Positions 1 through 7,078 of a stretch of DNA of 20,000 nt are shown one piece after another. Origin of the DNA: an uncultured virus (IMG/VR IMGVR_UViG_3300013121_000015) (Duplodnaviria; Heunggongvirae; Uroviricota; Caudoviricetes). The stretch lies in the IMG/VR virus record IMGVR_UViG_3300013121_000015, positions 113,179 through 133,178 of that record; one strand, written 5' to 3'. Every line of letters begins with the position of its first letter. The first letter of the stretch is position 1. The translations under genes and the position numbers were made by a program. Below the pieces are notes generated by a model. It searched no databases, was not told the DNA's origin, and saw only the letters and a list, made by a program, of their open reading frames with translations.

Positions 1-258
1 CCGCCCTGGACCGCCGAGGGTGAGGACGGTCCCGAGCTGTGGCTGCCCCGGTGGTCGCGCCCGATGTCGCTCGTCGAGTGGCGGGCGCTCGTGACAGCGG
101 GCCCGCCCCGGGTCGGGGCTAACCATCGGCCCGCCCGGACGTCCCTGGACTGGGCGCGGGCCTGCGCGAGCGTGGCGGCGCCGCTCCAGGAGGGGATGGG
201 TTTTACCCGCTACCGGTACGTGGACAGCCGTGGAGGCGGACTTTGGGCCGCCGTGTAA
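1..258 (+). CDS. 3' part of hypothetical protein (5'-truncated by window)
   Basis: Frame 1 is open from base 1 to TAA at 256-258 and is followed by an AT-rich promoter region. Confidence 0.5.
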   Translation, partial: PPWTAEGEDGPELWLPRWSRPMSLVEWRALVTAGPPRVGANHRPARTSLDWARACASVAAPLQEGMGFTRYRYVDSRGGGLWAAV

Positions 259-277
259 ATATTTTCGCGCGCGCCTA

Positions 278-306
278 TTGCGTATTTCTGCGCGCGCATA
301 TAAGGT
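278..306 (+). promoter_or_regulatory. sigma70-type promoter (TTGCGT-17 nt-TAAGGT) overlapped by tandem repeats
   Basis: TTGCGT at 278-283, 17-nt spacer, TAAGGT at 301-306, in an AT-rich patch. Followed by hairpin GGGGGC/GCCCCC (317-334) and SD AAGGAG. Confidence 0.65.
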
Positions 307-346
307 AGTGACATCAGGGGGCGCTGAGGCCCCCAAGGAGAATCCG

Positions 347-544
347 ATGACCCGCACCGAGACCCGCACCGACGCCCTCCACATCCTGCGCGCCTCCAGC
401 CTCGCCGACCTCTTCCCCGGTGCCGTCGTCCGCGAGGCGGACGAGACCGTCTCCGACGAGGACCGCGACGAGGTGGACGCCGCCGCCCGCTCCCTCGGCC
501 TCGTCGTCGAGGAGTCTGAGGACGGCGAGTGGGTCATCGGCTGA
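347..544 (+). CDS. small acidic hypothetical phage protein (65 aa)
   Basis: AAGGAG just upstream of ATG 347; strong GC3 codon bias; directly downstream of the promoter. Confidence 0.8.
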   Translation: MTRTETRTDALHILRASSLADLFPGAVVREADETVSDEDRDEVDAAARSLGLVVEESEDGEWVIG

Positions 545-665
545 CCGGTCGCGTCCGAGGCCCTCTCGGGCACCACGACCCCCACGCCAGCCGCCTTCTC
601 GCGGCGGGGGTTGACGACGCGGATACACCGCGTCGCACCGTGAAAAGACACGGATAGCGCTGGCC

Positions 666-1253
666 GTGAGTTCGATGACCATCCGTAAACTGATTGAGTC
701 CGCTCCTGACCCCGTGCGAGCCGTCGGCGCCCGGCTCTGTTCGCCCACAGACGGTGACGCGCAGCTGTGTTTTCGGCTCTGGTTCGAGGCCGCCTTGGCG
801 GCGAGCGAGGCGGCATATGCCGCCCATCTTTCGGCGCGCAGGTCCATCGAGACTTTGGCGCGGGAGCTGACCCCGCGTCAGCTTGCCATCGTGACCGCCG
901 ACCGGGCGGCCATCGACGAGAAAACGCCCGCGTTGCTGGCGGCCTTGCGCCGCTTTGGCGATGCGTTGTGGACAGAACGAACCTCCCACCCGATGGTGGT
1001 GGAGGCGGCCAAAGAGGTGATGGACCTGCCGCTGCCGTGGGAGGTCGCCGGTTCGGCGTTCGGCCTGCGCGCCCTCGTGGCACTGATCCACGCCGTCCTA
1101 TCGCGGCGGGAGCCCCTCCACAATCACCAGTGGATGGCACATGACGCCATCCACTACGCCGGACAGCCCGACGCGGCACGGGCGGGGATGTTGGCTGGCC
1201 TCGACCGCTTCATGGCGGTCCGCACGACCCATCCGGCGTGGGCCCACGGCTGA
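666..1253 (+). CDS. hypothetical helical protein (~195 aa; start 666 or 675)
   Basis: Protein-like composition and same orientation as neighbours; contains HDAIH near the C-terminus. Confidence 0.65.
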   Translation: MSSMTIRKLIESAPDPVRAVGARLCSPTDGDAQLCFRLWFEAALAASEAAYAAHLSARRSIETLARELTPRQLAIVTADRAAIDEKTPALLAALRRFGDALWTERTSHPMVVEAAKEVMDLPLPWEVAGSAFGLRALVALIHAVLSRREPLHNHQWMAHDAIHYAGQPDAARAGMLAGLDRFMAVRTTHPAWAHG

Positions 1254-1358
1254 CCCCTGCCCCATCTCGGGGCGCCCTGGCCAGGATTGGCCCGAAGACC
1301 CACGCCGAAGCCCCAACGGCGCGGATCACTCTAGGGGCAAGAATCAGGAGCTACTACC

Positions 1359-1733
1359 ATGGAAACTTACGAGTCTTTCGCCATTCGTTGCCTTGACGCC
1401 CTGAGCGGCGCCATCTTTCTCCCTGACACGACCCTGACGGTCGTGGTCGCCTCGATGGTGGAGGGATCGTTCCCTCCACCGGCTGGACAGATCATCTGCT
1501 CCGCCCGCAGAGGCAACCTCTTCTTCTCCTGCTCCGGCTACCCTGCCGAGCGGGCCGAGGACGGCGTTGACCTCGGCTATGCCGAGGCCGAACTCATCGT
1601 CTTCGAGGGCGCCCACGAGGCGCTCGGCTATCTGCTGGAGACCATCGGCGCGGGCCGGGTCTCCACCGTCCTCGGGTCGGTCGAGGATCCCCTGACCGGC
1701 TCGGGCTTTCGGGCGCTGTGGGGGGCGTCATGA
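1359..1733 (+). CDS. hypothetical protein (124 aa)
   Basis: SD CAGGAG before ATG; ATGA overlap with the next ORF. Confidence 0.75.
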   Translation: METYESFAIRCLDALSGAIFLPDTTLTVVVASMVEGSFPPPAGQIICSARRGNLFFSCSGYPAERAEDGVDLGYAEAELIVFEGAHEALGYLLETIGAGRVSTVLGSVEDPLTGSGFRALWGAS

Positions 1734-1975
1734 GGCCCCGTCGGTCGGTTTCTTTGATCGTGTTCGTTGAGGGGCCGCGCCCCGACGGACGGGGTTGGCT
1801 GGAGTGTCTTGACGAGCGGTGGTGGTATCGCCGCTTCCGCACGATGATGCGCGCCGAGGGCGTTATGGCGCATCTTCGCCGTGCTGGCCACCAGGGTGAC
1901 CTGTGGCGGAAGGTTGAGCAATCCACATCGACGGGCGGGATCAGCCGCGTCGAGAAGACGTGGACATGGGGTTGA
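1730..1975 (+). CDS. small basic, Trp-rich hypothetical protein (81 aa)
   Basis: ATGA translational coupling at 1730-1733. Confidence 0.6.
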   Translation: MRPRRSVSLIVFVEGPRPDGRGWLECLDERWWYRRFRTMMRAEGVMAHLRRAGHQGDLWRKVEQSTSTGGISRVEKTWTWG

Positions 1976-1995
1976 CCCTCCGCGCCCTCCGGGGC

Positions 1996-2073
1996 GCCCC
2001 GTCGCGGGCTGCTGCTGCCCGCCTGACGAGCCCTCCAGTCGAGGGCCAGCCCCAGCAGGGGCGAAACGGGAGC
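1996..2073 (+). ncRNA. type III hammerhead ribozyme (with atypical, extended stem II)
   Basis: GUC 2001-2003; stem I GCGGGC/GCCCGC (2004-2022); CUGACGA 2023-2029; G2030-C2062 closes stem II; GAAA 2063-2066; stem III GC-CCCGU/ACGGG-A-GC. Confidence 0.75.
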
Positions 2074-2077
2074 AAGT

Positions 2078-2338
2078 ATGGACGAACAGACCCTCAGCGC
2101 TGTGTACCCGCTCGTGACGTTGGGGGCGACGCGCACCCCGGATACGCGCAGCCAGTTTGTGATCCACCTCCTGCGCGATCAGGAGTTGATCGCGCAGCGG
2201 CTCCAGGACATGCGCCAGCGGGCGCGAGCGGGGAGAGGCTACCCGAAGGGGTGGCTGGACGATCTACGGGCGGTGCGGGAGCGCCTCGCTGCGGTGGGCT
2301 GCCCGGAGGCAGGCCCCCTGCCGCCCATTGAGGACTGA
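2078..2338 (+). CDS. hypothetical helical protein (86 aa)
   Basis: SD GGGAG 2068-2072 before ATG 2078; protein-like composition. Confidence 0.7.
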   Translation: MDEQTLSAVYPLVTLGATRTPDTRSQFVIHLLRDQELIAQRLQDMRQRARAGRGYPKGWLDDLRAVRERLAAVGCPEAGPLPPIED

Positions 2339-2385
2339 CCCTCATCCCTCGCCCCTGGTGCGCCGGGGGCCTGAGCAGAGGATCA
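2335..2385 (+). repeat. intergenic direct repeat, copy 1 (51 bp, contains GC hairpin)
   Basis: 2348-2385 is identical to 2960-2997 (38 nt); 48/51 identity when the upstream CTGACCCTC is included. Confidence 0.95.
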
Positions 2386-2452
2386 CACCTCGCCCGTTCG
2401 GGCCATGTCCTGATGCGGCCGGCGATCCGCTTTCCATCGCCAAGGAGATACC

Positions 2453-2950
2453 ATGTCCACACGCCCCGATCCCCAGGCCGCCGGCCTCGCGGCCGTCACC
2501 GTCGCGGGCCTCACACCCGCCGATCTTGTTCTGCCGTGGGGCGCCACGGCAGAACAGACCCACCGCTGGAAGGCGGCCACAGCCACTTTTTGGGCCGCCT
2601 ACGACGCGGCCGTCGAAGGCAACATCTTCGCCCGGGACACGGACGGGGAGGTGCGCTGGATCCCGGCGGTCTACGTCGGGCAGTCCAGCAAAGGCGCCTG
2701 CTACGGTGCCGCCGACTGTTCATTCTCTCGTCGGGGCGTGTACCGCCTCGACACCGGGCGGCCCGTGTGGGCCGACGTGGACGCGAACGGGCACATGCTG
2801 GAGTACCTGCATGTGCGGATCTCCGAGGAGGAGATCGTGCCCGAGCCTCTTCCCTCACCGGAGGAGATGGCGGTGGCCTATGCCGCCACCATGCGCGACC
2901 GCATGTGGAACACGGCGCAGGCGCTCGGCGCTGGTGTTGTCATCGCCTGA
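2453..2950 (+). CDS. hypothetical protein (165 aa) flanked by direct repeats
   Basis: SD AAGGAG before ATG 2453; strong GC3 bias. Confidence 0.8.
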   Translation: MSTRPDPQAAGLAAVTVAGLTPADLVLPWGATAEQTHRWKAATATFWAAYDAAVEGNIFARDTDGEVRWIPAVYVGQSSKGACYGAADCSFSRRGVYRLDTGRPVWADVDANGHMLEYLHVRISEEEIVPEPLPSPEEMAVAYAATMRDRMWNTAQALGAGVVIA

Positions 2951-2997
2951 CCCTCGCCTCTCGCCCCTGGTGCGCCGGGGGCCTGAGCAGAGGATCA
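2947..2997 (+). repeat. intergenic direct repeat, copy 2
   Basis: Matches 2335-2385; both copies begin at the stop codon of the preceding gene. Confidence 0.95.
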
Positions 2998-3061
2998 ACC
3001 CGTGCTCGCCGGTCCGCGAGACGTGCTGTTCGGCCATGTGAGAGCCGATAGAGGAGCTACG

Positions 3062-3472
3062 ATGTACCCACTCGCAATCCACCCTCTCCTGGTACCAGTC
3101 GCCCGTGCCCTGGAGAGCGCCCACGGCGTATCGGGCCTCACCGTGGAGCCGATTCGTGAGGTTCGCACGGTCTGGGGCTCGTCGCCCCGGGGCACGCTCA
3201 GTGCGGCGAATCTCGTGGGCCCAGGCGCCCACTACACGGACGGTACGACAGAGAGGGGGTTCGCATCCTTAGTATGCGTCTCCCTCGGCAACGATGCCGA
3301 GCCCCGTAGGACGGGGCTGAGCGGCACGAACAGCGATGGCTCCCTGTGGTGGCAGACGGAGACCACCCACCGGGAGATGGTGGTCGTCGTCCGTGCCCCC
3401 GCCGAGGGGTGGACGATGGAGCAGTTCCAGTCCGCCATTCGGGAGGCCGGCGGGGCGGTCGGCTCGGGCTGA
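3062..3472 (+). CDS. hypothetical protein (136 aa)
   Basis: SD GAGGAG upstream of ATG 3062, preferred over the 3002 start in the ORF track. Confidence 0.75.
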   Translation: MYPLAIHPLLVPVARALESAHGVSGLTVEPIREVRTVWGSSPRGTLSAANLVGPGAHYTDGTTERGFASLVCVSLGNDAEPRRTGLSGTNSDGSLWWQTETTHREMVVVVRAPAEGWTMEQFQSAIREAGGAVGSG

Positions 3473-3530
3473 ATCTTCATCGTTCCCCGCCCATTTCGGG
3501 CTCGCTGGCCGAGAACGGCCTGGATTTCCG

Positions 3531-3881
3531 ATGTCTCAGCCCGCCGTCCTCCGTCCGCTCTACCTACACAGCCCGGTGCTGTGGCAGGGGCGCCCCTGCA
3601 CGGTCGTCGCCCTGGAGGGCCCTGACGCGATGGTTGCTGGCCCCCGCACGGGCCAGGGCTGGGTCAAGCTTGACGAACTGACCCTGGACTACTCCCAGCC
3701 CGTCGCGCGCTGGCAGGCGGCGTTGTGGGTAGTTGCGGAGAGCGCCCGGCTCGCCACCCACCTCGCGCTGAGCGAGGAGGAACTGGCGCTGATCCAGCAG
3801 GTCCAGTGGGGAGAGGACTGCTCCGGTGAGGACGTGGAGGAACTGCGCGCGATGGTCGCCCGGCTCCAGCCTACGACCTGA
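3531..3881 (+). CDS. hypothetical protein (116 aa)
   Basis: Protein-like from MSQPAVLRP; the upstream extension overlaps the previous gene. Confidence 0.65.
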   Translation: MSQPAVLRPLYLHSPVLWQGRPCTVVALEGPDAMVAGPRTGQGWVKLDELTLDYSQPVARWQAALWVVAESARLATHLALSEEELALIQQVQWGEDCSGEDVEELRAMVARLQPTT

Positions 3882-4233
3882 CGTCGGGGTGGTACGGGTC
3901 AGGCGCAGGCGGGCTGGGCTGGTCGCCGTCTTCCTCCACCGCCCCACCAGCCGCCCACCACAGGGCCAGCCAGGAGAGCCAAGAGAGGCCCGCCAGCGCG
4001 CGCTCGACGCCTTCACGGTCAAGTTCGCTCAGGCTCCACCACCAGGGCTCCAGGCGGTCGGGGATGGCGGCCCAGCCGCGCGCCATCCACCCGAGCACCC
4101 GGACCTCGCGCCGGGTCAGGCGAGGCGAGGGCAGGTGTACCGCAGGCTCGCCCTGACTGACGTGCAGGCGCACGCCGTGGATGCCTTCGGAGTGGTCGTG
4201 GCCGATCCCGTAATCCTTCACTTTTCCGCCCAT
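3871..4233 (-). CDS. hypothetical Trp-rich protein (120 aa)
   Basis: SD GGAGGG before ATG 4233; converges on the + strand cluster. Confidence 0.6.
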   Translation of the reverse strand: MGGKVKDYGIGHDHSEGIHGVRLHVSQGEPAVHLPSPRLTRREVRVLGWMARGWAAIPDRLEPWWWSLSELDREGVERALAGLSWLSWLALWWAAGGAVEEDGDQPSPPAPDPYHPDVRS

Positions 4234-4289
4234 GGCCAGACCCTCCGTGATCTCGGTCTGGCGGTCGTACCCCAGCGTCAGCCCAGGCG

Positions 4290-4430
4290 TCAATGCACCG
4301 TGACCTGCTGCACGTCGCTGGGCACGTCGGAAGGCACCGGATCGACGGCCGGTCGGCTGGCGCGCGCGTCCTGGGCACGGTGGAGCAGGCCCAGGATCTC
4401 GCCGATCAGGATCAGGGCGGTGGCGCTCAT
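4290..4430 (-). CDS. small protein with hydrophobic N-terminus (46 aa)
   Basis: SD GGAG and ATGA overlap with the upstream gene stop; sequence begins MSATALILIGEILGLL. Confidence 0.55.
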   Translation of the reverse strand: MSATALILIGEILGLLHRAQDARASRPAVDPVPSDVPSDVQQVTVH

Positions 4431-4762
4431 CGTGGACTCCTGACGACCAGCACCGCGCACAGGCTGGCCAGTCCGAGAAGGCGGACCCACCACGGGGACC
4501 GCGGCACTGGCGGCGGTACAGGCGGGCTGCGCTGGTCCGGTAGGGTGGGGCGGACCTGTTCGAGCACCAGCACGCGGTTGGCCAGCTCGCGCACGATCTG
4601 CTCCTGGTCCCTCATCGCCCGGCGCAACCGCGTCAACGTCCGGCGCGTCAGCTCCAGCTCGGCGCGCGTCTCGGCCCGCTCCCGCTCCGCCATCAGCAGG
4701 TCGTTGTTCAGCCTGGACACGCCGTCGCGGATCTCGGTCAGGTACGGCAGAAACTCGTCCAT
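4427..4762 (-). CDS. coiled-coil protein with Pro-rich linker and C-terminal TM anchor (111 aa)
   Basis: Strong SD GGAGGAGG; heptad-like N-terminal two-thirds; TM segment WWVRLLGLASLCAVLVV. Confidence 0.75.
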   Translation of the reverse strand: MDEFLPYLTEIRDGVSRLNNDLLMAERERAETRAELELTRRTLTRLRRAMRDQEQIVRELANRVLVLEQVRPTLPDQRSPPVPPPVPRSPWWVRLLGLASLCAVLVVRSPR

Positions 4763-4843
4763 TCATCCCTCCTCCGGTGCGGCAAATGGCGCACAGGACG
4801 ACGTGGCGCGACCGGGGGCGTCCTGGGCGCGGTCGGCGGTCAT
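4763..4843 (-). CDS. possible 26-aa coupling peptide
   Basis: ATGA overlap at 4840-4843 and TGA immediately adjacent to the next ATG; fills the gap exactly. Confidence 0.3.
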   Translation of the reverse strand: MTADRAQDAPGRATSSCAPFAAPEEG

Positions 4844-5031
4844 GGCCCCACCGTGCCAGCAAACGTCTGGACCGCCTGGAGAGCCTGGATGGCCGCGGGA
4901 CCACCCGCGATGGCCGCCAGCGCGCCCAGGATGGCCACGCTCAGCAAAACTCCGATCAGCCGTCGCAGGAAGAGGATCTCCTGGTCCCTGACGTGATCGG
5001 CCTCGTCGATGGTTGCCTGTGGACGGCTCAT
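4840..5031 (-). CDS. small single-TM membrane protein (63 aa), holin-like position
   Basis: Hydrophobic helix LIGVLLSVAILGALAAIAG; ATGA overlap with the tail-fibre gene stop. Confidence 0.65.
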   Translation of the reverse strand: MSRPQATIDEADHVRDQEILFLRRLIGVLLSVAILGALAAIAGGPAAIQALQAVQTFAGTVGP

Positions 5032-6410
5032 AGCAACTCTCCCATCGGCGGCCAGAAGTCCGCCGTCACGTTGGTCACCGTGGCCGCACCACCAGCCAGG
5101 GTATTGCGGTACGCGAAAAACCCGAAGGCCGGCGTAGACCAGCTCGCGCCGATCGTGCCGCCTCCGGACACGTCGTTATAGCCTCCGCTCACGCTGCCAT
5201 AGCAGGAGTACGCCTTCGGTAGTGTACCTGGGGCGAAGATGTTGATTTGAAGGTTGCCCGTGGAGGTCAGGGCTGCCGGTCCGGCCGCAGTATCATTGAC
5301 CGAGCAACCGCCACTGAGGGTCGCGGCGCTCTTTCCGATGGTACCCCACACTCCCCAGGACGACGGCGACCCGGATTGGCCGAACCAGAAGCCGGTCTGG
5401 TGGTAGGAGGCCGTCTCCTGGCTGCCCGCGTACGTGATCCGGATGGACGACGGCCCGCTGGGCGTCCACGTCACGGACGCGCCGGACGCGTTCTTGAGGT
5501 TGCCAGTGCCGTCCAGCTTCCAGAAGTCGAGCCGGCCAGTGGAGGGCTTGTTCGACGTCGTTCCGTAGCCGGCCGGGAGGCTGTAGCCGGACCCGCTCGG
5601 CACGATAGTCGCGGACGCGTCGGCCTGCGAAGTGTCTGGCGCGACGGGCGATCCGATGTTGACCCAGCTCCCCGCGATCTTCTGCTGGAGAACCGCGAGC
5701 GGGCTGCCGCTGCTCACGTAGGCATGGACCCGAACGCCCGTTACGGCAGTGCCGGGTTGAACCGACCCCCAGGCGCTGGAGCTGGTGCGCATCCAGGCCG
5801 TGATGCCGTGGCCCGCCACCGTCACAGCGCTACAGGCTGCGCCCGCCGAACCGCCGTCGCAGGTGCCTGAGTCTGAGGGGTCGCCCGTGACCGTGCAGGC
5901 GGATGCTGAATCGCACAGGAAAGTGATGGTCTGCCCATCGGCGTAGCCGGACAAGGCCGGGAGGTTCAGGGTGACGGTTCCCGACCCGGTGACGCGCACC
6001 ACACCGGCTGCGGGCGTGCAGGGGCTGGAGCAGGCGATGGAGCCCGCGCCGGCCCAGACGATGGCGTCCCGCGCCCCCGCCGCGGTGCTGCTCCCGGTGC
6101 CACCGTAGCCGACCGCTACTGCCGTGCCCTGCCAGGCCCCCGTCCCCACCGTGCCCAGCGTCGTGATGCTGCCGGAGCCCGTCCAGGTGCTCGGGTTGAC
6201 CGCGCCCCAGGAGGTCAGGTCCGCGTCATACGCCTGGACATCCGACCCGACCGCAACCCCGAGCGCTGTCCTGGCGCCCGCAGCCGTCGTCGCCCCGGTG
6301 CCGCCCTGCGAGACCGCGACGACCCGGGTGTACCCGAGCAGACCCGCGAGGGACAGCAGGACGATCCCGAGGGTGAGGAGACGCCGACGAAAGGTGGAGG
6401 TGTGCGCCAT
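5028..6410 (-). CDS. tail-fibre-like protein (460 aa) with N-terminal signal/TM segment
   Basis: Motifs typical of phage fibre shafts: VSQGGTGATTAAGARTALG, GSDVQAYDADL, TLGTVGTGAWQGTAVAVGYGGTG. G/S/T-rich. TGATG coupling to the upstream gene. Confidence 0.75.
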   Translation of the reverse strand: MAHTSTFRRRLLTLGIVLLSLAGLLGYTRVVAVSQGGTGATTAAGARTALGVAVGSDVQAYDADLTSWGAVNPSTWTGSGSITTLGTVGTGAWQGTAVAVGYGGTGSSTAAGARDAIVWAGAGSIACSSPCTPAAGVVRVTGSGTVTLNLPALSGYADGQTITFLCDSASACTVTGDPSDSGTCDGGSAGAACSAVTVAGHGITAWMRTSSSAWGSVQPGTAVTGVRVHAYVSSGSPLAVLQQKIAGSWVNIGSPVAPDTSQADASATIVPSGSGYSLPAGYGTTSNKPSTGRLDFWKLDGTGNLKNASGASVTWTPSGPSSIRITYAGSQETASYHQTGFWFGQSGSPSSWGVWGTIGKSAATLSGGCSVNDTAAGPAALTSTGNLQINIFAPGTLPKAYSCYGSVSGGYNDVSGGGTIGASWSTPAFGFFAYRNTLAGGAATVTNVTADFWPPMGELL

Positions 6411-6913
6411 CAGTACACCACGATGTTGGAGCCGTCAGACTCGTAGATGTGGGCGTCGCCCGGGTTCAAGGTCATGGTCAGGTCCCCGCCCACGGTCTCA
6501 GACCCGTTCCCGTCCACGGTCACGACCACGCCGGACCCGACCGCGGCAGCGTTGGCGATCCGCACGCTCCGACCAGCCCAGCCGGTCGCCGCCGGCAGCG
6601 TGAAGGTCAGCGTGGCCGTGCCCTCGAAGCTAGTTCCAGCCTGGATGTTCGCCAGCGTGATCGGGTAGCTGCTGGCCTTGGACGAGACCGCCCGGACCGA
6701 CGGCTCGACCACGGTGGCGCCGTCCTGGCCCAGCAGGCGCAGGACCTCGTTGTTGAACCCCCGCATGGTGGTACTCCTCTCCGCGTCGCCGCGCAGGCGT
6801 CGCAGCGCGCGCAGGACCCGCTCGTTGAAGGGCACGCCGACCCGAACCGTGACCGGTCGCCCGCGCGCGGCGCACAGGGCTTCCAGAGCATTCAGTCCGG
6901 CCAGGGTCAGCAC
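6410..6913 (-). CDS. small tail-fibre-associated protein (167 aa)
   Basis: SD AGGAGG before GTG. C-terminal TFTLPAA...VTVDGNGSETVGG...YESDGSN beta domain is commonly seen in phage fibre proteins. Confidence 0.7.
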   Translation of the reverse strand: MLTLAGLNALEALCAARGRPVTVRVGVPFNERVLRALRRLRGDAERSTTMRGFNNEVLRLLGQDGATVVEPSVRAVSSKASSYPITLANIQAGTSFEGTATLTFTLPAATGWAGRSVRIANAAAVGSGVVVTVDGNGSETVGGDLTMTLNPGDAHIYESDGSNIVVY

Positions 6914-7004
6914 GATGCCTCCTGCGCGCGGGCTATCGTGCTCTCCGGATCTGTCGATTCCAGAGGTGGTCTACCGTGGTAGACATTTTTCTCGCGTGGA
7001 GGGC

Positions 7005-7034
7005 TTGCGCATGATTACGATATCGTAATAGTGT
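7005..7034 (+). promoter_or_regulatory. sigma70-type promoter with perfect 16-bp palindromic operator
   Basis: TTGCGC 7005-7010, 18-nt spacer, TAGTGT 7029-7034; ATTACGATATCGTAAT at 7014-7029. Confidence 0.7.
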
Positions 7035-7078
7035 GCAGGCATGAGCAGCGCCGGGCTGGCGCTGACGAGGAGGTACCC

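Noticed and set aside
1138..1155. HDAIH as a metalloenzyme motif
   Set aside because: An isolated motif with no supporting family context; not enough for a functional call.
2660..2750. VYVGQS and GVYRL resembling a GIY-YIG nuclease
   Set aside because: The motifs are in reverse order, and the downstream R..H/E signature is not evident.
2335..2997. Direct repeats as a CRISPR array or integron attC sites
   Set aside because: Only two copies, separated by a whole gene; no cas or integrase genes, and no RYYYAAC/GTTRRRY boxes.
4075..4122. LTRREVRVLGWMARG resembling the start of a LuxR HTH
   Set aside because: The following EIA..L.IS..TV helix-turn-helix is absent.
7047..7075. Hairpin followed by CTGACGA as another hammerhead
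   Set aside because: No stem II, GAAA or UH site; the motif runs directly into the SD.
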